Shown piece after piece: positions 27,582 through 39,232 of a DNA stretch of 64,000 nucleotides. This DNA is from Eledone cirrhosa (taxonomy: Eukaryota): positions 218,178,001 to 218,242,000 of the forward strand of contig OZ024743.1 of the NCBI GenBank assembly GCA_964016885.1, read 5' to 3'. The notes beneath the pieces are model-generated. The model did not search any database. It was not told the origin of the DNA and saw only the letters and a program-made list of their open reading frames with translations. Each line of letters starts with the position of its first letter. The stretch's first letter is position 1. A program made the position numbers and the translations under genes.

Positions 27582-27785
27582 ATATATAAACAACTATCTG
27601 GTTGTGGAACCAACCAACCAACCAGAAATTTATAAATTTATAAATTTATAAATATATAATAAATTGAAGTGAAAGCAACTGGTGCGTGTGTTTCTTATTG
27701 GCAACATGACCCTCCCAAAGTATAACAATATCGGTTTCAACACACGATTTCAGATAAAGAATCTTGCTAAACAAATTCAGAAACG

Positions 27786-28156
<371 letters not shown>

Positions 28157-28222
28157 GGGTGTTTCTGTGTATGTGTATGTGCATGTGTGTGCGTAAGCTT
28201 ACGCACACTCATGCACATATAT

Positions 28223-28410
28223 ATTGTTTCTACTTTTGGCACAAGGCCACCAATTACCAGTGTATTACTAGTACTTTATTTTATCGACCCCGTAAGGATG
28301 AAAGGCAAAGTTAACCGCGGCGGGATTTTAACTCAGAACGTAAAGGGATATAACTCTATGTTGTAAAGCAAGGTGTCTGACGCTCCACGGATGCTGCCAA
28401 TTCACCGCCC
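28223..28410 (-). mobile_element. SINE
   Basis: Full copy of the dominant family on the minus strand. Confidence 0.85.
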
Positions 28411-28440
28411 ATTATTGTGTGTATATATATATATATAAAT

Positions 28441-28483
28441 ACGATGCTGACGATAGCTAATAAGCTCGAAACTAGTACATCGT
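28441..28483 (+). ncRNA. Minimal type I hammerhead ribozyme, unit 1
   Basis: ACGATG-CTGACGA-T AGCT aata AGCT C-GAAA-CTAG-TA-CATCGT; predicted cleavage after 28477 (GUA). Confidence 0.88.
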
Positions 28484-28885
28484 TCCTGTGTCAGTGTTGA
28501 ACAAAAAGGTGACGTGGTTGCCTAAACACAGTACGGCGTAATTCGGTCTGTTTTTTGTTTACAAACAAACCGAGCCTTATAATAAATGTTCGATAAACTG
28601 ATACGTGCATATATATATATGTGTGCATGTATATATATATATATACATACTACTGTACCTCTGTATACATATATGTATGTAGGTATACATACATACATAC
28701 TTACATTTATGTAAGTGCCGTACTAAGAGTGAGAAATGAAATTTCGTTTCATTCTATTCCATTTATCGTTTTCGGTGTGCCCGGCCGACTGAACTCACTC
28801 GATATTCAAATTAGGCTACGCAGCCGTTAATATGCATAAGGAAAGTATATACTTTCAGACGGTCAACCATCTGGCATGAAGGTAT

Positions 28886-28928
28886 ACGATGCTGACGATA
28901 GCTAATAAGCTTGAAACTAGTACATCGT
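28886..28928 (+). ncRNA. Minimal type I hammerhead ribozyme, unit 2
   Basis: Same fold (AGCT T GAAA). Confidence 0.88.
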
Positions 28929-29330
28929 TCCTGTGTCAGTGTTGAACAAAAAGGTCACGTGGTTGCCTAAACACTGTACGGCGTAATTCGGTCTGTTTTT
29001 TGTTTACAAACAAACCGAGCCTTATAATAAATGTTCGATAAACTGATACGTGCATATATATATATGTGTGCATGTATGTATATATATATACATACTACTG
29101 TACGTCTGTATACATATATGTATGTACGTATACATACATACATACTTACATTTAAGTAAGTGCCGTACTAAAAGTGAGAAATGAAATTTCGTTTCATTCT
29201 ATTCCATTTATCGTTTTCGGTGTGCCCAGCCGACTGAACTCACTCTATATGCAAATTAGGCTGCTCAGCCTTTAATATGCATAAGGAAAGTATATACTTT
29301 CAGACGTTCAACCATCTGGCAGGAAGGTAT

Positions 29331-29373
29331 ACGATGCTGACGATAGCTAATAAGCTTGAAACTAGTACATCGT
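29331..29373 (+). ncRNA. Minimal type I hammerhead ribozyme, unit 3
   Basis: Same fold; distal stem I CAGGA/TCCTG. Confidence 0.88.
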
Positions 29374-29774
29374 TCCTGTGTCAGTGTTGAACAAAAAGGT
29401 GACGTGGTTGCCTAAACACTGTACGGCGTAATTCCGGCTGTTTGTTTGTTTACAAACAAACAAACCGAGCATTATAATAAATGTTCGATAAACCGATACG
29501 TGCATATATATATATGTGTGCATGTATGTATATATATACATACTACTGTACGTCTGTATACATATATGTATGTACGTATACATACATACTTACATTTAAG
29601 TAAGTGCCGTACTAAGAGTGAGAAATGAAATTTCGTTTCATTCTATTCCATTTATCGTTTTCGGTGTGCCCGGCCGACTGAACTCACTCGATATGCAAAT
29701 TAGGCTGCTCAGCCGTTAATATGCATAAGGAAAGTATATACTTTCAGACGTTCAACCATCTGGCAGGAAGGTAT

Positions 29775-29817
29775 ACGATGCTGACGATAGCTAATAAGCT
29801 TGAAACTAGTACATCGT
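29775..29817 (+). ncRNA. Minimal type I hammerhead ribozyme, unit 4
   Basis: Same fold; distal stem I CAGGA/TCCTG. Confidence 0.88.
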
Positions 29818-30086
29818 TCCTGTGTCAGTGTTGAACAAAAAGGTGACGTGGTTGCCTAAACACTGTACCGCGTAATTCGGGCTGTTTGTTTACAAACAAA
29901 CAAACCGAGCATTATAATAAATGTTCGGTAAACCGATACGTGCATATATATATGTGTGCATGTATGTATATATATATATACTACTGTACGTCTGTATACA
30001 ATATGTATGTACGTATACATACATACTTACATTTAAGTAAGTGCCGTACTCAGAGTGAGAAATGAAATTTCGTTTCATTCTATTCC

Positions 30087-30135
<49 letters not shown>

Positions 30136-30139
<4 letters not shown>

Positions 30140-30441
30140 GAAATAGAATAGCTTTCACCGTATTTTTGACTAAAGAAATTTTAGTCTGATAATGGGGTTT
30201 AGAATCCTCAGATAAATGGAAAAAGATGAGTATTGACGTACATGGGAGTCGAACCCACATATTTGGATAACCAAAGATGTGGGTTCGAATCCCATGTACG
30301 TCAATACTCATCTTTTTCCATTTATCTGAGGATTCTAAACCCCATTATCAGACTAAAATTTCTTTAGTCAAAAATACGGTGAAAGCTATTCTATTTCCTA
30401 ATTTCAAACCTGCTCACTGTTTCAAAACGTACTTACTTCTT
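30136..30441. mobile_element. Fold-back palindrome of a tRNA-derived sequence
   Basis: Arms 30136-30266 and 30271-30401; T-arm/B box GTGGGTTCGAATCCCAT at 30279-30295; (TA)n on both sides. Confidence 0.7.
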
Positions 30442-30458
30442 ATATATATATATATATA

Positions 30459-31271
30459 TACGATATTAAATAAATGGAAACTATATTTATAAAACCATAT
30501 TTATTTCATTATATATATTTCAGGGATATCATATTAAAAATATGGTATGCCTTCATCAGACAAAATACAATATAAACAGTCTTATAAATAGATAGATTTG
30601 ACATACCTTACACTTCAACTTCCATTTAAAAAGTTGATTTGGTAGTGAAAAAAGTTAGGGACAGTTATAGAGAAAAATTATAAACCTAGGAATTTTAAAC
30701 TAGACATATGATCATTATTTTTCACACTTTATTGTGGATTGGCAGTATTGGCAGAGTGTCGGATACCATGCTTTGGCGCATAGAGTTACGGCCCTTGCCA
30801 TTCTGAGTTCAAATCCCGCCGAGGTTAACTTTGCCTGTCATCCTTATGGGGTCGATAAAATAAAGTACCAGTAATACACTGGGTAATTGCTGGCCTTGTG
30901 CCTAACGTAGAAACAATTATTTTTCACACTTTATTGATACGTGTCTCATTCATGAATACTGATATTTACATTATAATACCTGATTCATACGAATTGATAT
31001 TTTAATTGATGAAACATAATGTTTTAAATCTGCCTCGTTTATCTCTGGATATTTTTCTTTTCTCTCTATGTAACGGCTGTTTTCTCTCCTAACCACATAT
31101 ATCTCTCTCTACCTTAATACTAGAACTAAATAAATAAATAAATAAATAAATATATCATTGATACGTCATTCAACTGGTGCCCAACTACCTATTTTTCTCT
31201 CTCTCTATCTCTATCTATATCTATCTCTCTCTATTTTTTCTCTCTCTCTCTCTTTTTCTCTCTCTCTCTCT

Positions 31272-31310
<39 letters not shown>

Positions 31311-31757
31311 CCCTCTGTTTTTTCTCTCTCTATCTATCTCTCTCTGTTTTTTCTTTACATGAATTTCTTCTCTCTATCTATCTCTCTATATCTATCTCTC
31401 TCTGGTTTTCGTTGCATGCATTTCTTCTTTTTCTTCGCTTTCTTTCTTTCTTTCTTTTTTCTCTATAACTGTCCCTAACTTTTTTCACTACCAAATCAAC
31501 TTTTTAAATGGAAGTTGAAGTGTAAGGTATGTCAAATCTATCTATTTATAAGACTGTTTATATTGTATTTTGTCTGATGAAGGCATACCATATTTTTAAT
31601 ATGATATCCCTGAAATATATATAATGAAATAAATATGGTTTTATAAATATAGTTTCCATTTATTTAATATCGTAAATATACTCCAAATACTTGTTGAGTG
31701 CTTTTATATCAGTTATAAATATTTACTCGTTGTAACCCAACAATTTAAATAAAACTT

Positions 31758-31760
<3 letters not shown>
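30459..31760 (+). mobile_element. PLE-type 3' region with inverted pLTR copy, both with HHR
   Basis: 30459-30677 is the reverse complement of 31456-31674; HHR at 31566-31631(+) and 30502-30567(-): TATTTTGT-CTGATGA-AGG..CCT-GAAA-TATATA-TA-ATGAAATA. Confidence 0.8.
30735..30918 (+). mobile_element. SINE with 21-bp target-site duplication
   Basis: ATTATTTTTCACACTTTATTG at 30714-30734 and 30916-30936. Confidence 0.9.
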
Positions 31761-31837
<77 letters not shown>

Positions 31838-31972
31838 TGTAGATAAATCTACCAAAATGTACGGTAGTGTCCAATCCGTATGAAGAACTCAATGTAATCC
31901 GAATATCATGAAAAGAGAAGATGTATTCAAAAAAAATTTTCGGTGAAAATTAACGGAAAACAGAGTCAAGAC

Positions 31973-32362
31973 AAATTAATAAAATAATGAATAAACAAAG
32001 AAACAGTTCCTTATATTAAAAAATTCATCATTTTACGATCGTTTCTAGGATATATATGTTAGTGTTGGTATGCATATCCTATAGATCTATGTAAAATTTT
32101 TACAAACTATCAGAGGGAGTATACATACCTACACATATATATGCTGTCTTCAGAAATAATTATCATGCTAAATCATTATGTCTGAAGACAGCATATATAT
32201 GTGTAGGTATGTATACTCCCTCTGATAGTTTGTAAAAATTTTACATAGATCTATAGGATATGCATACCAACACTAACATATATATCCTAGAAACGATCGT
32301 AAAATTATGAATTTTTTAATATAAGGAACTGTTTCTTTGTTTATTCATTATTTTATTAATTT
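31973..32362. repeat. Fold-back palindrome with long-stem-II HHR in each arm
   Basis: Near-identical arms of about 180 bp; CTGAAGA..101 nt..GAAA-CGATCG-TA. Confidence 0.85.
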
Positions 32363-32688
32363 ATACATACATATATATATATATACCTACATACCTACAT
32401 ACCCAAATGCAGAAATATTTCAGTCTGGTCAAAAGAAATCAATATTTTCTTTTGGCGTGCATTATCATGCAAAATCATCCAAGAACTAGTGGTGTGACAC
32501 ACTGCTTGGAGTGTATTACTTTCTTATCAAGGTTATCTATCTCTAAAGCCCAACACACACACCCATACATATACATATACGTTAAAAGTAGTCCCCATTA
32601 CAATTGGATAAGGAAAAAGAAAAACATGAGCATGCTAAAGAATCATCTTAAACTGAAGAAATCCATATATTACATTTATGATTCCTGT

Positions 32689-32724
<36 letters not shown>

Positions 32725-32900
32725 AGCATTGAACAATTTCTTATTTTCTTTTCTATTAACAGATGTAGGATTTCAGTGTCTGTGTGAAAATACAATATTG
32801 AATTTGTGTCATTGATATATCAATATCTGGCACCTTCACTTCTAGCATATGTAAAAGTGCGTATGTGTGACTTTAATTCGCATTACACACACACACACAC

Positions 32901-32941
<41 letters not shown>

Positions 32942-33092
32942 AATTTGTGTGTGTATATATGTATGCATGTATATTCGTATACTGATTGAAACAAGTAAAA
33001 GAAATATGTATATAATCTTTCACTTGTTTCAGTATATCTGTATATACTGAGGCAGGTTTCAAAATGTATCTCTCTATGTGCGTGTGAGTAAA

Positions 33093-33463
<371 letters not shown>

Positions 33464-33471
33464 ATTATGAT

Positions 33472-33512
<41 letters not shown>

Positions 33513-33659
33513 GAAATAGGATTTCGCTTCAAGCATAGCTTTATACAATATGTATAAATATTTCGTATCTCCAAAGAAATACAGTTTTAGGAAGCCGTAG
33601 CTATACAAACACCGGGGGGCTAACGCCCTCTGGTGAGGTCCAGCAGAAGCAAGGGGGAT

Positions 33660-33705
33660 AACCATCTATGCATTTCAGGCTTAACTGGCCTTCGTCAGGA
33701 CGGTC
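33660..33705 (-). ncRNA. Minimal type I hammerhead ribozyme (inverted copy)
   Basis: Exact reverse complement of 33756-33801. Confidence 0.85.
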
Positions 33706-33755
33706 CCTCCCACCGCTTACGACAATGTATATATAGAGTCGCAAGCGGTGGGAGG

Positions 33756-33801
33756 GACCGTCCTGACGAAGGCCAGTTAAGCCTGAAATGCATAGATGGT
33801 T
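33756..33801 (+). ncRNA. Minimal type I hammerhead ribozyme
   Basis: GACCGTC-CTGACGA-AGGC cagttaa GCCT-GAAA-TGCA-TA-GATGGTT; 7-bp stem I, palindromic stem III. Confidence 0.88.
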
Positions 33802-33935
33802 GTCCCCCTTGCTTCTGCTGGACATCACCAGAGGGCGTTAGCCCCCCGGTTAGCCCCCCGCTGTTTGCATAGCTACGGCTTCCTAAAATTGTATTTTTGT
33901 ATTTCTTTGGAGATACGAAATATTTATACATATTG

Positions 33936-34019
<84 letters not shown>

Positions 34020-34031
34020 GTGTGTGTGTGC

Positions 34032-34121
<90 letters not shown>

Positions 34122-34530
34122 AATAGTGACAGGCGTTAATATATGTATATTTATTCATGTAGCCATAACTATAGACAGAAATGGAAAGGTACATTTTTTT
34201 TAACAACTGCGAAAAGATACAGAAGCAGTAAAATAGCGAAATAATCAGAACAAAGAAAAGCATTAAATATAATGCATCAAAATTCATAAAATTGTGTATA
34301 TCTTATACATATATAGATACATCTGAGGAGTGAGGTATGTGTGTATTGACAGAAAGGCAAGATAGAGTAACTACAACAATATCAAAACGAAGAGGAAAGA
34401 CAGATGAATGTGTGTACACACACACACACACAAACTTATATATACATATATATATATATGTGTGTGTGTGTGTGTATGTGTGTGTGTATATATATAGAGA
34501 TAGATAGATAGATAGTTTTAATATAGATGA

Positions 34531-34579
34531 GATTCTACAGGACTAGAACTGTTTCATTCTTGAGAAATCATCAGGAATC
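34531..34579 (-). ncRNA. Type I hammerhead ribozyme motif
   Basis: GATTC-CTGATGA-T TTC tcaa GAA T-GAAA-CAG ttctagtc CTG-TA-GAATC. Confidence 0.7.
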
Positions 34580-34668
34580 AGCAGAGTAAAAAAGTTTTAA
34601 TATAGATGATATTCTACAGGAATACCTTACTTACTGTGGTTACCTCCGATTCAACCCGGAATAACCTA

Positions 34669-34718
<50 letters not shown>

Positions 34719-34720
<2 letters not shown>

Positions 34721-34859
34721 CAGAGAAGGTGTGGTAATATACCAGGTGGACCATAACGCACCAGAGTACTTGATACTTAGGGTAGTAGAGTGGGTAATAG
34801 GAAAAGAGTCAGGACCCCGACGGCTGAGCTCCGGCCATTTCAACAGCTATATCTAGCTG
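34719..34859 (-). mobile_element. Family A pLTR fragment truncated at the base of HHR stem II
   Basis: Minus strand: CAGCTA gata TAGCTG TT-GAAA-TGGCC ggagctc AGCCG-TC-GGGGTCC; (TA)n on both sides. Confidence 0.75.
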
Positions 34860-34867
34860 TATATATG

Positions 34868-34902
<35 letters not shown>

Positions 34903-34914
34903 ATACCTTGATAG

Positions 34915-35250
34915 TTTCGGCCAGTATTGGCACAGGCCATGTTGAACATAATAGCAGCATCTGGGGAAGGCTTCCAAATCAAGATTTGGATACCATAGCC
35001 CACTCAAGTAGAGAGTTATTGTTTAAGGAGATATATTCAGGTTTAGTGGTTTTATCTGGAATTTCTTGGAGAAATTTCTCCAAAGACTATCGATCTGGAA
35101 AACAAATTTACCGCTTTGGATTGGTAGTGCAGTCTGGGTTTGACCATTTCACTGTTGCATCGTAGACTATGACTACTGTTTTACATGCCTCCTCGAGATG
35201 ACATGCATTTCTGCTTCTATATAAGCATCCGACTAGGTGGAGTGGCGGTG
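34915..35250 (-). mobile_element. CR1/L2-group LINE 3' end, degenerate
   Basis: Minus-strand SLEKFLQEIPDKTTKPEYISLNNNSL resembles the C-terminal LDKFL..IPD.P motif. Confidence 0.5.
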
Positions 35251-35261
35251 ACTTACTGGCG

Positions 35262-35316
<55 letters not shown>

Positions 35317-35592
35317 CAAAATGAGTCGACGATCATTTGATCAGAGAAAGGAAACAATGTTTCCTTTCCATTTGTCTTTGCATTGCTAGTTGCAAGACCT
35401 GACAGAATGAGTAATGTGAAATATAGTATTTTGCTCAAGAACACAACAGCCCGACAGATTTAGGAATGGTAAACACGATCTTAGCCCAATATAAACTTGT
35501 ACCTGTCTGTCTGTGTGTGTTCCGAGCTCAATCGGGAGTAATGACGGTAAGTAATGTACTCAATACATAGTTGAGTATATACAATGTTTTAT

Positions 35593-35694
35593 ATGGCTTC
35601 TACGCGACTAGAGTTGTTTCATTCGAAGGAAATCATCAGGAAAGCCCTGGTGACTTGCTTCGAATGAAACAGTACTTAGTTGGGTAGAAGCCAT
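35593..35694. repeat. Diverged fold-back of two HHR motifs (same family as 34531)
   Basis: ATGGCTTCTAC..GTTTCATTCGAAGGAAATCATCAGG / CCTGGTGACTTGCTTCGAATGAAAC..GTAGAAGCCAT. Confidence 0.65.
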
Positions 35695-35723
35695 TTCTCT
35701 CTCTCTATATATATATATATGTA

Positions 35724-36585
35724 CTAGCAGTGGTACCTGGCGTTGCACGGGATAAGGTATTTTGGAACTCGGGCCGCCAATAAACCGAATACTCTGATGG
35801 CTGGATAATCTTTAAGATTTTACTCGATGAAGCAGGAAAAATGTAGATTTTCACCTAATGCAGGCCCTAGGGGATCAAGAAATTAAATTTTTTATGTGCA
35901 TAATATGCCTTGAAATTTCGGGAAAATCGGCTAGATGTAACGTCTCAAAAAAGCCCTAAAAGGCTGAAAAAAATGAAGTTTTTCACCTAATGAGGGCCCG
36001 AGGCCATAAAAAAGTTGGATTTTCTTTGCTCCCGGTATGAGGAAGAGACTGATTAATACATAGTTATAATTTCAAGGAAATGGGTGTGACGTAACGCCTA
36101 AAAAAAACCCTAAAAGCCTGAAAAAACGCAGTTTTTCACCTAATGCGGGCCCTAGGGGATCAAAAAGTTGAATTTTTTTATGTGCATAACATTCCCTTAA
36201 ACATAAGTAATACACATGTAAAGTTTGAAAAAGTCGGTTGGGTATTTCTCGAGTTTTAGGGATTCAAACTCACAGACACACACACACACACACACACATC
36301 CTCAGGGGAGGGATGTAATGCAGGCAGATATTACAAGGGCGCAATGTTATATGTATGTATCTATCTAAAAAGAGAAAGACTAAGAATTATAGAGAGAAAT
36401 CGCTAAATCGCTTAATGCGGTCCCTAGGGCATTGAAAATTTGAAATTTTCTTTGCTCAGAACACTCCCTGAAACATAAGTATTACATGTGTAAAGTTTAA
36501 AAACAATCGGTTGGGTGTTTCTCGAGTTTTAGGGATTCAAACTCACACACACACAGACAGACATCCTCAGGTTTATATATATAGA
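35724..36585 (-). mobile_element. Non-autonomous Helitron-like element
   Basis: Minus strand: A|TCTATATATATAAACC..(GTCT)n ... subterminal hairpin CCCGTGCAACGCCAGG..CTAG|T; internal repeats TTTCACCTAATG..GGCCC. Confidence 0.75.
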
Positions 36586-36839
36586 TATTGTTTAACTCCC
36601 TTTTCTGCGTGATGTATCTGCTCAACTAATAAATAAATACCAGATCCTAAATTGTTTCAGAATGACGCTAGCGAATATGTTGTTTTTTGTGGCCAGTGAA
36701 CAGGATTTACCTAAGCACAAGTAAACACGTTATGCATTCTTTTGCATACACACGAAACGATCGTAAGTCAATGAATTAATAACTAACAACTTTTCTTGTT
36801 CTTGTTCTTGTTCTGTCATTGTTCAACACACACACACAC

Positions 36840-36875
<36 letters not shown>

Positions 36876-36962
36876 GTTGAACAAAATGAAAGAATAAGAG
36901 AAGACACACATATATATGTTTGTGATATTTGTGTATGTAAATATACATATATATACATGCAT

Positions 36963-37010
<48 letters not shown>

Positions 37011-37097
37011 ACTAAGCGTGCATGTACTGGTATTTTAGTGTGCATTTTATGTTTTTGCATTCATATTTGAAATCCGGTTAATCTCTGGCTTCCTCTA

Positions 37098-37263
37098 AAG
37101 AAGAAGAAGAAGAAGAAGAAGAAGAAGAAGAAGAAGAAGAAGAAGAAGAAGAAGAAGAAGAAGAAGAAGAAGAAGAAGAAGAAGAAGAAGAAGAAGAAGA
37201 AGAAGAAGAAGAAGAAGAAGAAGAAGAAGAAGAAGAAGAAGAAGAAGAAGAAGAAGAAGAAGA
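37098..37263. repeat. (AAG)n microsatellite, about 55 units
   Basis: Perfect trinucleotide run. Confidence 0.97.
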
Positions 37264-38621
37264 AATATAAGCTGATAAACAATAAAAAAAAATGACAATA
37301 AACAGAAAAACAAAGTGAAGCACAGAATAAGAGAAAATACAAAAAAAAAACAAAAGAAAGAATCCCAATTTCATCTACGATGTGTTTTGCACCTTTTCTT
37401 GTTAAGCTGTTTCCACTTGGTCGGCTCTATGATAAATAGATCTTCAAGAAAATAAGACTTTCCAAACTCAGATTTAAAAAAAAAAATATTGATATGAATA
37501 TAGTAAAAGACAAAAAAAAAACAGTTAAGAAAATAAAAGAAAAATACGAACGAAGGAACGAAAGAAAGAATAAACGAATGATTGAATGAATAGGAGAAAG
37601 ACAGAAAGAAAGAAAGGAGTAAAGAAAAAAGGAAGAATATGAGAAAGACCTAAATAAATTTTACCAGTCAGCTATTGACTTTTGCATTGAGGTATTTATT
37701 TTTTTATCATTTATTTATTATATCAAAATAATCCATGTCTTCTTTTTGTCTTTGTCCAAGAACTTCTGACAGCACTTCCATCTTATTGTTCTTCTACTTC
37801 CTTTTGGTTTTTTCTTCTTTTTCTTTATCACCCAGCCTCTATCTCTTATTCTTTGTCCTTTAGTCTTTACATCTTCTTCTATTCCTTCACCTCGTTCGTC
37901 TTTTTGTGATCCATAGAAATCCTGTTAATCACACGTGCCAACACTACTACCACTATTGCAGATCACATTTTTCCTTCACAGTGTTCCTTCTTTATTTACT
38001 TCTTTTCTTCCTTATGTTTTCTTCTTCTTTTTCTTCATGCTACTATCAAAAATATTAACACTGCTGCTGCTCCAATTTATTTATTTGCCGATCTCGGTGG
38101 AAATGAATGTATTTGCTTCCTCCAGACTTTTTTTTTTTTCGTATTCTTCCTTCCTTTTCCCTTCCTTCTGTCCTATCAATATACATCATCATCATCATCA
38201 TCTTTAAAACACTGTATCCATGGAGAAACAGTGTGACCATTGTTAGATGTAGAATGACCTCTTCGTATTCTTGCATGGAGATATAGATAGCAGACATATC
38301 ACGAATGAGGTATTTTAGCCAGGTTAAAATTCACTTTACATTTATCATTTACCTATTTCTTGGTGTTGAAATTGTGTACAACGATAAAAAATAAAATGGT
38401 ATTTATTTTTAATGGCTACAATGTCTATATAATGGTGCAATTACTTTAGTTTCAGCACACGGTTTCAGATGAACTCAATCGTAAAACTAGCACGACTCCG
38501 AGATTTCAAATATAGATGAAAAATCTTTTCATTTTTCTCAGATCAACATGGTTAACGTTATATTTTTTTAATGCTAAGAATTAACGGTTGCAGAAAAATA
38601 CATTGGGGGGTGGACAAAATA

Positions 38622-38801
38622 TGAGGGTCGGCTGAAAAGTTCATAGGCTGATCAATGGAATGACCAAAGGAGGATTATTTTTCAAATAGTCCCTGGAAAG
38701 AAACAATTTAGTTATTAATAAGGGTTGAAATTAATGCATGCAAGATTTCACAGCTCTAGAATTCCTCCTTCATAGCTTATGGACTTTTCAGCCAACCCTC
38801 G
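38622..38801. mobile_element. Tc1/mariner-type MITE
   Basis: TA|TGAGGGTCGGCTGAAAAGTTCATA..TATGGACTTTTCAGCCAACCCTCG|TA. Confidence 0.82.
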
Positions 38802-38939
38802 TATAGGTGATGCTAATGAGAAGTGACGAGTATCTGAAGAACCTGAGTAAAGGCGGCTCGAGATCAGTCAGCTCTGAGGAGTGGGTCAAATGCGGGTAAA
38901 AGATTTCAAAGCGGATAAGAAAATAAAGAGAACAATTCG

Positions 38940-39130
38940 TTCCTCTTCATTTGCTGACTCCATACAAAGCTCAATATAAAGCGTCATTAGAATACTGTCC
39001 AAGTACCAGGAACGGTGTACTGCTATACACAGAGTCATTTTAGACCTCATTCTACACGAGATTATCCAGCTGATAGACGAAGATTTGCAAATCAATATAC
39101 GACAGCCATTAGCTAATGTTTTACTCCGTA
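38940..39130 (+). mobile_element. CR1/Jockey-group LINE RT remnant
   Basis: LLTPYKAQYKASLEYC..ILDLILHEIIQLI resembles LYK..VRP.LEYC..LD..Q. Confidence 0.4.
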
Positions 39131-39232
39131 TCTTCTTGCTACCAAAACAACTCTAAAACAAGCTATCTGCTCATTACTTCTAATTAATCTAATTATGCAC
39201 AACTATTTTCTTTACATTCATCATTTCTACTA

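Larger units (their letters stand above)
23265..27791 (+). mobile_element. Near-full-length Penelope-like retroelement with tandem pseudo-LTRs
   Basis: Direct repeats 23285-23731 and 27345-27791 (offset 4060), each with an HHR; RT and GIY-YIG between them; short inverted piece 23265-23286; (TA)n on both sides. Confidence 0.93.
28441..30090 (+). repeat. Tandem array of 444-445-bp units (about 3.7 copies), each starting with a hammerhead ribozyme; candidate non-LTR retrozyme
   Basis: Units start at 28441, 28886, 29331 and 29775; highly similar; no coding potential; (TA)n at both ends. Confidence 0.9.
33543..33938. repeat. Fold-back palindrome with two canonical HHRs
   Basis: Arms of about 190 bp around ATGTATATATA; HHRs at 33660-33705(-) and 33756-33801(+). 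Confidence 0.9.

Noticed and set aside
28441-30090. CRISPR-like array
   Set aside because: Whole 445-bp units repeat with no unique spacers; eukaryotic context with no cas genes.
30245-30303. Functional tRNA gene
   Set aside because: Only the 3' half is present, mirrored; there is no D-arm or A box.
30327-30390. Hammerhead from CTGAGGA..GAAAGCTA
   Set aside because: No stem I complementarity in any register.
37061-37374. Poly-F/S/L ORFs
   Set aside because: Translations of the (AAG)n microsatellite.
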